A DNA stretch of 62,103 nt from Gnetum montanum (GCA_015680685.1 MNCI01002485.1:590346-652448), one strand, 5' to 3'; positions 12,744-25,183 are shown, counted from the stretch's first letter. The notes: generated by a model from the letters alone, not told the origin. Numbers and translations are program-made.

Positions 12744-12765
12744 TCAGCTTTCTACATTCTATGAA
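12744..12765 (-). CDS. Candidate 22-nt micro-exon of the GH31 gene
   Basis: Pyrimidine-rich acceptor TTTTTCTTGCCCACAG and donor GA|GTAATG; its length puts exon 13236-13289 in frame with exon 12605. Confidence 0.4.
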
Positions 12766-13235
12766 CTGTGGGCAAGAAAAACGAGTAAGTTGTATAAAAT
12801 TACATATCTAGACGTTGCTTGTTAATATGAAAAAAAAATTCACTCTACTAACAACTATCAACCAAAAAAAAAGTTTTGCATTTTTTAACCAATAGCAGGT
12901 CAGCTGATATTAAATAATAAAATCTTAATTATCAATATTGAAACTAATGTCAAATGCCTCCTCTCACACAGAAGACATATCCTATGCTAAGGACAGTTTT
13001 GAAAAGCTTGTGCACTGGAAACACCCGTGAATGTATTAAGAATCCAAAAAGAAGCCCCTTTCACAAAGTTCTTCTGTCCCATGTACAAACATTGGGTTAT
13101 AGTAAGCCAAACAAATCACTTATTATTCTCCAATTATATACTGTGAGCAATGGAAAACAAATCCAAAAAAAAAAAAAACAAGTTTAACATTTTTCAGTTT
13201 GGAGTAGGGAAACATCAAAATTATAAACGATCTAC

Positions 13236-13370
13236 CGTCCTGTGTGGTTGCATGCACCCAAATTCAGCAGACAAGTGAAAACTCAGCATAATGTTATTTG
13301 ATGAAAACTATTTGCATTTAAGTGGTGTTTGAATTGTTAGATATCAGAATAATCCCTTAGCTTCGACTCC
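13236..13370 (-). CDS. Candidate upstream exon of the GH31 gene (part UTR; ATG at 13289)
   Basis: Acceptor TTCGTGCAG and donor ACG|GTAGAT; stops in all frames at its 5' end, but ATG 13289 opens MLSFHLSAEFGCMQPHRT up to the donor. Confidence 0.4.
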
Positions 13371-14297
13371 CTGCACGAATTATGACAAAAGATCTAGTCC
13401 AAATCATAGAAAAATCATCTCAAGCCGTCTAACTTTATGGTTCAAATGTACTAGTTGATTATTAACAATATAGTTGTGATATATTCAAAAAAATGAAGAG
13501 ATCTTCTCGTGCTCTAAATGAGAACATTATTAATTATAATGATGTACTGAAAATGAGGGCATTGTTTATTAGAAATTAAAATAAGACACATCTCATTTAA
13601 ATATAGGATAAATGACCACAATCTTCCTCCAATAGGTATGAGTTCAATTCAAGTGCCGTGTTTAATTTTGATAAAAACCTTATAACAACCTCAGAATCAG
13701 ATAAAAACATGCACAATTTCAAGGGGAAAACCACCTTCACATCTCATTAAGTATGCATTATAAACAGAGTGCCGACAGTGCAGAATCTCGCCTAGAGAGC
13801 TTGTCAATACGATGATCAACTCTTCTCAAAACATTAGGAAACACCCGAAAATAATAGTTGAACTAATTATACAACATACAAAAACATTAACAAGAAAGAT
13901 AACACAAATAAATAAATAGTTTTTCACCATCACAAATATCATCAAATTTTCACAAGTTGGAATTTCAATAAGTTATAAAAATAAAAAAATTTATCACATA
14001 ACAAAGTAAAAATATAAGATCATCTAACACTTATATATATAAAGTAAGTGCTACCATGATGCAAAATTTTAAGAGGCTCCACAGTTTTCAAGCATCATAG
14101 CAACCTCCGCTGAAATAATGTAATTGAAATGTTAGTTTTCCTAAAAAAATGGGCTCTCCCAAAAATGCAGCACTATTTGTACAAAAAAAAAGTCCTTTCT
14201 TAGGATAATACCTAGACATAAGATTCATCAAAATAGACATAGACTTAAACAGAAATTGAATGCAAGATCCAACATCAACAAAATTATTTAAAATCCA

Positions 14298-15088
14298 TGC
14301 TCTTTGGCGGCTTGGCACTGGCCAACGCTGGCCTGGCCGACACCCGGGGGTGATCTGTGCTCTTTGGCGGCTTGGCACTCCGGTTCCGCCGCTCTGGCCA
14401 CCGCTCAAGCCTACGCTGGTGTATCAAAGGCGGAGGGGGAGCAGAGGTCATCCAGCAGGGGGTGATGCGGTCTCAGCTGAGCCTGCGACCGTGTCCTCCC
14501 GAGACCTTGCGGGTGGGGGTTGCATGCAGGGCGGGCTGGCCCAGGCCCCGTTGCGGGATTCGTCGGCTACGGATGCCGACCCCAAAGCGATCACGACTGG
14601 GCAGGCAAGCAATGACAGGGGGCTGGTTCAGGCTGCTAGGGGAGTGCTTTCTGGGAAACAGACCTTGCCCCCGCACTCTTACAGCCAGACATTGCAATGG
14701 ATTGAGAGCATCATCAGCGACCACATGATAGGTATTGCCCGGATAATTAAAGAGAATCGTCGTCACCTAGCTGCTAGCCCAAGTGCGCAATTCCTGGACC
14801 TCCAAACCCTCGAGGAGAGTCGGAGCTCTAACCATGACCACCCCAAAAGCCCCTAATGTGGGGTAGGGCAGTTGGACATGCCCGGCTCAGTCCGAAATAC
14901 TGTTTCAAGGTCCAAGGTTGGGACCTTTCACCCGCTAACAGGGATGCCTTAATGCGGTCGGGACTTGCAGGGGGCCCAGGGGTTTGGGTCCGTTGTCGGT
15001 GTGGGGTCAGCTGCCCTGGCCTGTGCTATACCTTTGTATAGTCGTTCTTTTTGGGAATAAATTTCGCTCGATTTTTTTCCAAAAAAAA
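14298..15088 (+). mobile_element. Young 791-bp 5'-truncated LINE 3' end (relative of the extended-ORF2 family)
   Basis: Perfect TSD AACAAAATTATTTAAAATCCA (14277-14297 / 15089-15109), AATAAA at 15056, poly(A) 15081-15090; GC/CpG-rich; open frame to TAA 14856 beginning RWPGRHPGVICALWR..LVYQRRR. Confidence 0.9.
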
Positions 15089-16530
15089 AACAAAATTATT
15101 TAAAATCCAATTCTTCAAGAACTTCAACATATCAAGATACACATTCAGTATTAAATATAAAGGAAACTTCCAATAATATGTTTATAGACATAACGCTATC
15201 AACAATAATTTTAAAAGAAATTCTTCACAATTTTTAACAGATAAAATAACCAATTCAAAGTTCAACAAGTTACAACTAGATTCTCTATCTTTCATTTTGT
15301 TAGTAGTAAACTATTTAAATCTCCGTACCCAAGTACTACTATTCTTATTGAATAATTCCTTTTGCTGTTCCTGTTTCTCCATCTCTCTGCTACTGTTGTC
15401 TGAAAATTACCTCATGTTCTTTTCACCTGTTACTATTATCAATTTTCCCCACTTTGCCTGTTGTTTCTGGAGAATTGTTTCCTACTCTTTTTCCTCTCCT
15501 CCCTTCTTCTACCATCTTTGCTTTTTCCTTTTCTCCCCGACCTTCCCCTCTCTACAACTAACTCTTTCTTTTCCAAACCTCTTCTTGTTTCTTGTTTTTC
15601 TACGTCATTTTTTAAAAAATTACTTACTCTGAGGGCTCAAATTCAATTCCTTGTTTTATGTTTTCAAGACTGAATTCTACCAGGGCTTGTTTTCAATTCC
15701 TGTTCCTTGTGTTTTTTCAAGACAAAATATTTCACTAATCTACAACAACAAAACTATTCAACCATAGTTCACATTCCAGAATAATTCTTTATCAAAATCT
15801 AAAGTCATGATGTGAAGGAAACGGGATTCAATAATTAAGACACAAAAACCCAAAGTGCAACCTTCTTCTTCAGGTGACTCAACAGTCCAACCTTCTATTC
15901 TAAGTCTATGACAAATGGTTGCATCATCTCATGGGTGCTGAAGTTTCATCACATGACCTTGCTACATCTATAGAGGAACTGGGGTTGTCTTTTGAGAATT
16001 TAATTTTAATTCTAATTATAAGTTAACATTCTAACAATTCCACAACCAGACAAGTGATCAACCTTGACATACAATCCTGATTCATAGGTCAGGTCACAAT
16101 CTAATCAAATAAGCAAATCATACATGTTCTTATCCTTTCTATGCTCAAGTTGAACTTTTTATTAAAAATTTATTTAAAAATATTAATAATTATAGACTTT
16201 TCCATTTAACAAGCCTGTGTCAACCAAATATAAACTGTTTATATTTGAATGAAAGCCAAGGTATAGAAGATTGCATTTGCAAACAGTGCAAAGCTTGTTT
16301 TTATTACAGAAACAATTGAATACATCAGACAAAAAGCACTTCCATAATCAAACAAAACATCCAATAGGATATAACAGAAAACACACAAAACTAGACCTTA
16401 CAAAAAAAATCAGACCTTATAAATAAGAAACATAGCTCTCAAATACTACTGTCATTACAAACATTCACATGAAAATCCCAAAAGCATTATGATCTTAACA
16501 CTTTAGGTTTGTGCAAATAGGGAGTTTGAA

Positions 16531-17514
16531 ATGGGAGCAGTGGGCGGGAACGCAGAGGCTGGGTGAGGGACCGTTGGTTTTCACAACACGTCAACTGGTC
16601 TCAATGATGGGGAAGGACTAGGCATGCTCGAGTTCAGAGGGGTTGGTGAGGATGGCACGAATGATCCATCGGGTGCAGCCGAGGTGGAGGGGGCCACTGG
16701 TGACAATGGGCCAATGGGAGCAAGGGCCGACTTCGCGGCGGTAGGGAGTGGGCAGCCAGGCACAGGTAGTTTGGAGGTGTGCTCAAGGGAGGGGGGCATC
16801 ATGCACTTGCAAGTCGGGCAACCGCTAGAAGAAGGTTTATGCACGTTGGAGCTTAGCCTTCTTGGCAAGTTTGTTTCTAAGGGGGCCCACCCTAAGCTGA
16901 ACCTAATCTATCGATGGGCAAGTACTGCATGGGGGTTGGAGAAGGTACAAGTGCACAATCTAGCATATGACAGGCTCCTATTCGTTTTTCAGTTTGCTGA
17001 AGACAAGGTGAAAGTGCTTCTTGGGGAGCCATGGTTTTATGGGGCTCAAGGATTGGCACTGGTGCCTTGGCGACCATGGGCCCACCAAGATGTGGACCTT
17101 TTCACCCAGGCACCAATTTGGGTTAGGATTTTGGACTTGCCTTTGGAATGGTGGACACCAAAGTTTTTGAAGTCGCTAGCAGTAATGTTCGAAAAATTCA
17201 TGAAATTTGACAAGTATACAAAATCACTGGAACATATGGGGTATGCCCGTTTCTATGTTTAGAGCCCTTTGGGGTTGAAGGATTGGGTTCAAGAGATTGT
17301 CCTGGAGACACTAGTAGGAAAGAAGACCTTGAGAGTAGAATATGAGAATCTGGGAGCATATGCACTGGGGGTGCATGAACGGGTTTCGGACACTAGGTGT
17401 ACAGTGTGTGGCAAAGGAAGCCATTTGGAGGCGGCATGCAAGAGTCGAGTAAAAGACCCTCCCTTACCCCAAAAATGGACAGAAGTGGAGAGGAGGGGCT
17501 GCCCTATGAAATAG
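16531..17514 (+). pseudogene. LINE ORF1 (DUF4283-like plus CCHC zinc knuckle)
   Basis: SLLGKF...VLLGEPWFYGAQGLALVPW...APIWVRILDLPLEWW...GYARFYV; knuckle CTVCGKGSHLEAAC. Confidence 0.88.
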
Positions 17515-17964
17515 AGGCCTCTTGCTGAAGGATTTGGGACGTTGTGGCAGCAAGCGGTGGTGAGAGTGCCTACTCAACCTACCCGTTTAAGCAGCAAGAC
17601 CATGGTATGGTGCCTAAGCGGTCCAACGGGTCGGGTGGGGAGTTCACATCAGAAAGGCGGGCATAGAGTCCAAAAGGGGTTAGGAGAGAGGATGTTCTCC
17701 CCTCGCCCCAAAAGGCAATGGAGGTGAATTTGCCACCGCTTGGAGACTGGGTAGGGGTTGTGTGGGGATCCTCGTTGCCGAGGATGGATGAAATCCTAAA
17801 AACACAGAGGGTTGTGAGGGGGGGCTTCCTATTTCTCAAGAGCCGAGCTAGATTGGATGCCTGCTTTCGCCCATGGCTTGTGAGAAAATCACGCCAATGG
17901 AGATCAATTTGTGAGTATAGCCTACCTTGAAGCAGGTGTACAAGAAATGTACACCCAATAAGCC

Positions 17965-20900
17965 ATGAAGATTCTTTCGTGGAATTCCAGGGGGCAAGGT
18001 ATCCCCTATAAACATAATACCCTATGAGATCTAGTGTGGTGGGAGGGATGTCACATTGTTTGCCTACAGGAAACAAAGTTGCAGGGTGCAGAGATTAAGC
18101 TATTACAATGGGCAAGATGGAAAACTCATTTTGTGCCAGTTTTGGAAAAGCGGGGGGTTTGGCCATGTTGGCGAAATGGCCATTCAAGCAACTTGATTCA
18201 GCTATGTGGAGTATTATGGTTCTGCTTCTGGATGAAGGGATATGGCTCACTAACTTTTATGGGTCCCAACTCTGGCAGGAACGGTTGCAAGAGCTACAAC
18301 GAATTGCCATGCTCATCAACGTTAACCAATGGATTGTGATTGGCAACTTCAACCAGCACCTATTTGCTTGGGAGAAGACCAGTGGTGATATGGCAAACTC
18401 GTTGGGAAGCATGCAATGTTTGGAATTCTTACAAGAGCATGATTTGGTTGATGTGGAGTTTACGAGATGCCAATACACATGGAGCAATCGGCGCAAGGGG
18501 ACAGCGTTGGTCCTCTCTCAGATTAATCATGTCTAGACTAGTGCTTACATTCTAATGGAGTCAAGGGTGCGATTGGAAGGAAAAGAGAGGCTTGCATCTG
18601 ACCACCAATATTTGTGTCGTCAAGTGGGAAGTGCAGCTAGCCCAAGAACTTCCCCCTTTCATTTTGAGCGATCTTGGCTGACTAAACCCTGGCTTAGGCC
18701 ACTGGTGACATGGACATGGGCTGATTATAATGAACATACAGACCCTAGAGACTTTTTGAAGAAGGGCCTTCCTTGTCTGAAGCAAGCCCTTCGGTCTCTG
18801 AAGGCTAAGGAGAAGTTCTCATCTAGGAAGGGGCAGAGGGAGCTGTTGTCACGTTTAGCCATGTTGCAAGCAAGGCAAGAGCATGGTGAAGAGGTTATGG
18901 TGGAAGAGCGGTGCATGCTATAGGAGCTTCAAGACATCGATGCTGAAGTGAAGGCTTATAGGAAACAACATGTTCGGGCTCATTGGTTGCATGAGGGGGA
19001 TAGAAACACTAAGTTTTTCTTTGTTGCGGCAAAAGCTAATCAAGCGGCAAAGGAGCTGAGGCTCCAACATAATGGGAAGTGTTTGACTACTCCTTAGGAT
19101 GTGGCCCAGGTCATGCAACAATATTGGGTAGATATTTGGGCTTATTGGCAGACCTTGCCCATTTCAGTGCCAATGAGGTCAAAGATGGGAGAGGCAAAGA
19201 ACAAAATGTTGTTGGAGCCTTTCTCTTGGCAAGAACTGGAGGAGCCATTGGGGACTATGCAGTCAAACTGGGCTCCTGGACCTTACGGGTGGCCAATGAA
19301 ATTCTTTAGAGAATTTGTTGATGTGCTAGGGGCTAATCGTTTGGAGGTGTTTAACTAGATGCTACACAAATAACAAGTTCATCACAAAATTAACTGCTCG
19401 AGAATTGTACTTCTACCTAAGGTGGTTGATCCATTTGACCCTTTGCAATTCCATCCTATCAGTGTGGGCAATACTTTGATCCAAATTTAAAAAAGATGCT
19501 TGTGAGGAGGTTGGCACCATTCATGCCGCGGCTTGTAGGAAGGAACCAAGCTGGTTTCCTTAGGGGACATTTTATTCAAGATCATATCCTACTGCTCCAG
19601 GAGGTAATGCATTCAACCTAGAGATCCAAGTATCCTAGAATCTGCATAAAGTTGGACATTAAGAAGGCATATGATACTATGAGATGGGTTGCCCTAGTTG
19701 ACATTATGGCTCGAAAGGGTTTCAATCCGAGTTTCATTGCTTTGTGTATTCAGATTCAGGTTTCTGAAGCTTATTCCTTTGATATTTGGAATAGGCTATG
19801 GGGGTTTTCTTCCCTAAGGAGGGGATTGCGGCAAGGTGATCGTCTTTCCCCATACCTGTTCATTCTTGCTATGGATACACTACAAGCATATTGCCAAGTG
19901 GAAGGGGTCCGCAATCTTAATATTGTTGGGATTGACTGCGTGATGGAACATTATGCTGACAACACAATGATCTTCTCACATGCAGCTATGCTACAAGTGC
20001 AAGCTCTCAATAGGGCTCTTGAGCGAATGGCGAATGAAATTGGGTTGAAGATCAATAAAGCTAAGTGCACTATATATTTATCTCATACGTCTAGTACAGT
20101 TAAGAGGTGCATTCTATAGGTGTTGGGCATGATGGCAAGGATTGATCAAGATAGTTATTTGGGGCTTCCAGTTTTTTCATGGCATCGGAAAGATACTTGG
20201 AGCACCCTCATTCGTTGGCTGCAACAACGGGTGGACCATTGGATGGCAAGAATCCTAGTGCAGAAAGGCCAAATGTTGTTGGCTAATTCTATTTTGTCGA
20301 CGATGGCACATTTTACTGCGGCTGTGATGGAACACCCCCCTGCCCCACGACGGTGGTGAATAAAGTTGACCAGATTATCTGGAACTTCATCTAGTTGGGT
20401 GGGAAAGGAGGATCAAAGTTGCACCTAGCCAATTGGCACACTGTTGTTCAACCCAGAGAGGTGGAGGGATTAGGGGTAATGAAGTTTCAAGATTTAGTTT
20501 TGATGGGTTGTCAAACGCTGATCAATGGTATTGCACATAGGGGTCCGGATCAAGCTCAATGGATACAGATCATCACGTCCAAATATACATAGTGGATGGC
20601 CAACCAAAGAGACTCTCTCATTTGGAGAGTAGTCTAAGCATGTTAGGAGTGTGGCTGCGCTTGGTAGGATGGGGACATCACCCCAGGCTCTCATTATATG
20701 TAAATTCCCTATAGTAAGTGGGTGGCAGGTCCTATGGAAAGGCCACTTGCCCAAAAAGATTAAGGCTTTTTGTGGTTGATGAATCAGGATGCGCTGCCTA
20801 TGCATGCAGTTTTGCAGAATCATGGGAACTACATGGTGGACATGTGTCCACATTGCATGTAGGCCCCGAAAATGGTTCAACACTTTGTTTATGAATGCAT

Positions 20901-22526
20901 GCATCAAATTCAAGTGTGGCAGGCGTTAGCATAGTCACCTGCTCCACATCTACTAGATCCCACTAGTGATTCAATGAGTGCTATGATTCTTTGGGTGACT
21001 TGGAGGGCTCACAACACATTGATTTTCTATGGCAAGCAATTGCCTACTCCAATACAGCTGGTGATTCAGGGGCATAGGCTCTAGCGTGAAGCTACAATTG
21101 CAATGGGGCAAACTCTGACTTTTGAGCCTGATTATGAGAAGTTCCGACAAAACACCAAGTTGTGGGAGCTGGTTTGCAGAGTCGGTTAGGATGAGGTATT
21201 GCAGCTATTACTGGGGGACCCAAGGCTGCCTAATGATGCTTTTTTCCAAAATTGGCAAGGAGACGCCATGAACTTCAAAGGTGTCCACATCACGCTCATG
21301 AAGGCATCGCTGGCTAATTGCCTAGGGATATCGTCGTCGAGGGAAGTCATTCTTCCTCATGGCAAGGGTGTTTAGTATGCATAGGCCTTTTTCAAGGGGG
21401 CCATCCCTAAAACAGTGAGTGGGCATATCCCAAGATCGGCATTGCCAAGGTTTTGGTAGAAGGCAGTGGATTTCATGGATCATTATTTCTTCCAGTTTGG
21501 AAATGTGTCGAAGTTACAAGGGGTCCACTTTACATCTCTAAAATGTCTAAAATTTGGTCAACAAGTCAACCTGCCTAGGTTTTTTATGGACACTTTATGG
21601 CAACAACAGCACAGGCAACATTTAAGGCTGATTATTGCCCTTTGGAAATCAAGGCTTCCACCTAGACTGAGGCAATCATGGCCAACACTGAAGTTTGTCT
21701 ATACTAGGAGGAGGGAAGTGGCAATGGTCCTTGGGAGGGGTTAGTTTGTCATGGAGGATGAGGGGCCACATAGGAGGTATGGTGTGTAGGTGCCAAAGGA
21801 AGTGTGGGCAGTTAGGAAGGAGCTGGAGGTTGCTCAGGTGCAGATTCAATGCCTGGAAGCACAAAGCATGCTTAAGGAAATGGAAACTAAGCTCGCCAAG
21901 GAGAGTATGCATATGGCAGTGGCCAAGGCAACTGAAGAGGTGGCTGAGGAGGCAAGACAGGCCAAGTGGATCACTTGGGACGCCAAGTGGGAAGCCTATG
22001 AGCAAGAGTTTGCTCGGCAACTCAATGAGGTGGAGCACGAGATGGCAAACAGGGAAAAAGAGATGCAGTGTAAGTGGGATCTTAAGGAGTCGACTCTAAG
22101 AGCTACATTGGAAGATTTGCTGCGAGAACAGATCAAAGTGGAAATGTAGTAGGCAGAGCAACAAAACATTGAACGTGAGTAACATGAGCAAGCAAAGCAT
22201 GAGCGAGACAAAGAGGAGGTGGCAGAATGTTAACAGTAGATTAATCATGCTCATGAGAGCGGGGTTAGGTTGTGGATGCCGGAGGACAAATGCCTGTATG
22301 TTGTTATGGATATCTACAATCAAACACAGTGGGGGGCACTCCATCAACACATCTGACGAACTAGTGCAGGCTACATTCAGATGGGAAAGGCACTATGGAG
22401 GCTACAAAAGAATTTCAATAGGTGACAACTTTTGTTGATACTGAACAGCATTGGATGATGCTTGATAACATTTACGCTCAAGAACAGGCTAGATGCCCTT
22501 GTATGTGGTTGTCCAAGAGACTCTAA
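17965..22526 (+). pseudogene. LINE ORF2: AP-endonuclease, RT, zf-RVT, env-like/Transposase_32-like domain, coiled coil, J-domain-like
   Basis: MKILSWNSRG, CLQETK, YTWSN, LASDH (EN); DIKKAYD, RGLRQGDRLSPYLF, YADN (RT); CPHC and LWVTWRAHNTLIF. The same frame then continues from about 20970 to 22350, broken only by point-mutation stops (mostly TAG), and reaches TAA 22524-22526 after one 1-nt deletion. Confidence 0.88.
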
Positions 22527-24527
22527 CATTTTGGTTGGGGGCCCAATGGTATGATTTTTGGGTGGGAAATGGGGCTGTTGTTGGCCCATGCCCTGTTTTG
22601 GCTTTGGCTTGTGCCTCTATTATTGTCATAACTTTTCCAGTGTTTGGCAAGATAGGTGTTTGCCGTTGGCTAGGTGCTTCATCTATTGGTAGGGGGTTTC
22701 AACTTGGGGTGGGGGTTTTTGCTATTGGGTGGCAAACTAGGCGTCCTACCCCCACCAAGTTGAATGGCCTTCTTTTTGCTTTGTACATTTCTTTTTCTGT
22801 TTTTTTCTTGCTAATACAAATTTTGCCTGACCTTGTCTTCAAAAAGAAAAACACTTTAGGTTTGTTTATATAAGTCATGAGTTTATTTTGAATGCTGATT
22901 GTAACGTTGAATATCAAACATGATGCAAAAATAATAATTTTTTTCTTTCTAATATTTGTTATGATGTTAAAATAGATAACACTAAGAGAGTTGGAAACAT
23001 GGATGTGCTTGTAAACTGTATGCATCTTGAGGAGGGAAATGAGCATGGGTATGCATCTATGTATATATAAATTTGTAGAAGTTTTCTGATATGGATGCAA
23101 GTAGTAAGGAATATAGGCATAGGATCTGATCAGGGTACACAATAACATAAGGACGCTTATGAAAGAGAAGGATCTAGCATCATTTTGGTTGTAAATAATG
23201 TGTGAGAGTAATTTTCTGGCTCAAGAATTTCTGTTAAAAGAAATGACTGAAAATGAAGTGTCCAGTAGTTCCCAAAAGTCACTATGAACAATGAGGCATA
23301 CCAAGTTGTTGCTTGTTGATAAGAACTGTGACATGCATTTTAGTAGGCCAAAAATCCAAAGACAATAAGATGTACTCAGATATAAAGGAATTTTTAAGGG
23401 TTGAAAAAAAAAAGCCGAAACTGAATTCTATCTACTTTGTTCCATCTCCGTCCATGAATGTAATTAAGAAGCTTTGGCTTTTAAATTTTATGTTAAAATG
23501 TGAGTCACATTGACTTTGTCATATTTAGCTTATATTATTTAATAAAAATCCATAAAAAGGACAAGGAACTAAGAGTTGAACACAGACTAGGGTGTGTTTT
23601 GAGTGTTTTGAAAAAGTAATAAAGAATGCAACACTTTTGCAGTTTGTATGTTAGAAGGTTTTCTTTGAAAAGGCATATCACATTTGAGGTTTTCATATGT
23701 CCACTAGTATGAGTTCAAGATGTGAATAGAGATGGAGGCTTAGACATTAATGAAGGATGATGGCCTCTGATAACCAAAATCATGCATAACAGAAAATTTA
23801 TTAGACAGTTTTGTTTATGAGGTCATCAGTTCAATTCCTACAAATATCCAACTTAGTAACTTTTAAACATTAAATTTAATTAATAGACAAATTAATAACC
23901 ATTATCCTAAAAGCATTAAACAACCTTTAAAAAGGGCTTTATTCAACAACTATTTTGTATGTAAGAATAATAATGATGATAATTAATTAATTATTAATTT
24001 TTTATAATTAAAATGAATGTTATCCAACCTTATTAAGTAAAACAACAACAATATGTCTGACCAACTTTTGAAATGTTACGTATAAATCACCTCTTTCTTT
24101 CTTAGTATTCAGTACCACTAATGATGAATCCAGACAATGATTTCATATTGTAAGAAACAGAAACTCTCATAGTTCATTTTTATCATTAATTCCTTTTGTC
24201 AACATAATTTTTCTGGATTGCAAAAATAATTGCACTTGCTAATAGTCATTGTGCAATCACCCAATCTTTTACCTTCCATTTTACCATATAGGCACAATCC
24301 CTCTAGATCCATCATCTTGTTAAAAGTAAAGTCTAAACTTTTGTAGCTTCTTATAGGGATACCCTAGCCATCCAAAATCATCATGATGCTAGCCTGATGC
24401 CAACAATTAAAGATTAGCTAGTTCTCTCTGAAGAGCTAAAGTTTAGTTTATTTGTAATCATTTTATATCTACTTTACCTGTCTATTCCCATATCTTTTTT
24501 GCAATTCATTTCAATGCATTTCTTGGA

Positions 24528-24801
24528 ACTCTAATGTACCAAAATCCGTATTTGAACCGACCCATTAACCATCTAAAGCTGCTTCCAGGTCTCTTTGTCG
24601 AGGTCCGACACCCCATATATTAACATTTAAACGTGCATTCACTACCGCCTTCTCTATGATAAGATAAAGTAATCACACAATATGATTCAGGTTCTCAATG
24701 AGATTTCTCCTTACAAGTTTTCAAGAATTTCAACGTGCCTTAAATCAATAATAACAATAATCTTGTAGCTATTTCGGATACGGATACGGTGGTTTTAGAG
24801 T
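24528..24801. mobile_element. Possible decayed MITE
   Basis: Imperfect terminal inverted repeat: ACTCTAATGTACCAAAATCCGTATTTGAA versus reverse complement ACTCTAAAACCACCGTATCCGTATCCGAA; no TSD seen. Confidence 0.35.
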
Positions 24802-24811
24802 AGGCAATTAC

Positions 24812-24868
24812 CACGCCAGCTTGCAGACTTCAGTAAACAAATTCTTGCATCTTATGTGAATGGCAATT
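24812..24868 (-). CDS. Candidate 57-nt exon of the GH31 gene
   Basis: Acceptor TTTAG and donor GTG|GTAATT; phase 2/2, in frame with exon 25184-25353 (IAIHIRCKNLFTEVCKLA). Confidence 0.4.
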
Positions 24869-25183
24869 CTAAATCCAGGTAAAGTATTAAGGACATATTC
24901 AAGTTTCTTCTTTGTACCAAACATAAAACATACACATGAAAAACATTTGTTAATTAAAGTAATAGTTAGTTTATCCAAAAGAACGACCTCAATAAATAAG
25001 AAAGGCTTGCTTTCTCTATCTCTCTTTAGTTTACCAGGCCATGAAAGCAACTGCAAAGAAGTATGCATCAGAAATTGTCTCATAATAGATTGAAACTGAA
25101 AATAACTGTGCAAACCAAGCAAAATGCCTAGTGAAGTATAGACATGATGCAGAAAAAACGTCAAGAAAGAAGGCAACCAGAAC

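Larger units (their letters stand above)
16513..22849 (+). mobile_element. Full-length decayed L1-type LINE with C-terminally extended ORF2
   Basis: 16-bp TSD AACACTTTAGGTTTGT (16497-16512 / 22850-22865), A-rich tail 22841-22850, ORF1 and ORF2 domains in canonical order. Confidence 0.95.

Noticed and set aside
14260-14856. 198-aa ORF as an independent host gene
   Set aside because: Its ATG lies in flanking intron sequence outside the TSD; the rest is the 3' end of a LINE ORF.
15297-15673. Hydrophobic F/L/S-rich ORFs
   Set aside because: Product of pyrimidine-rich low-complexity intron sequence.
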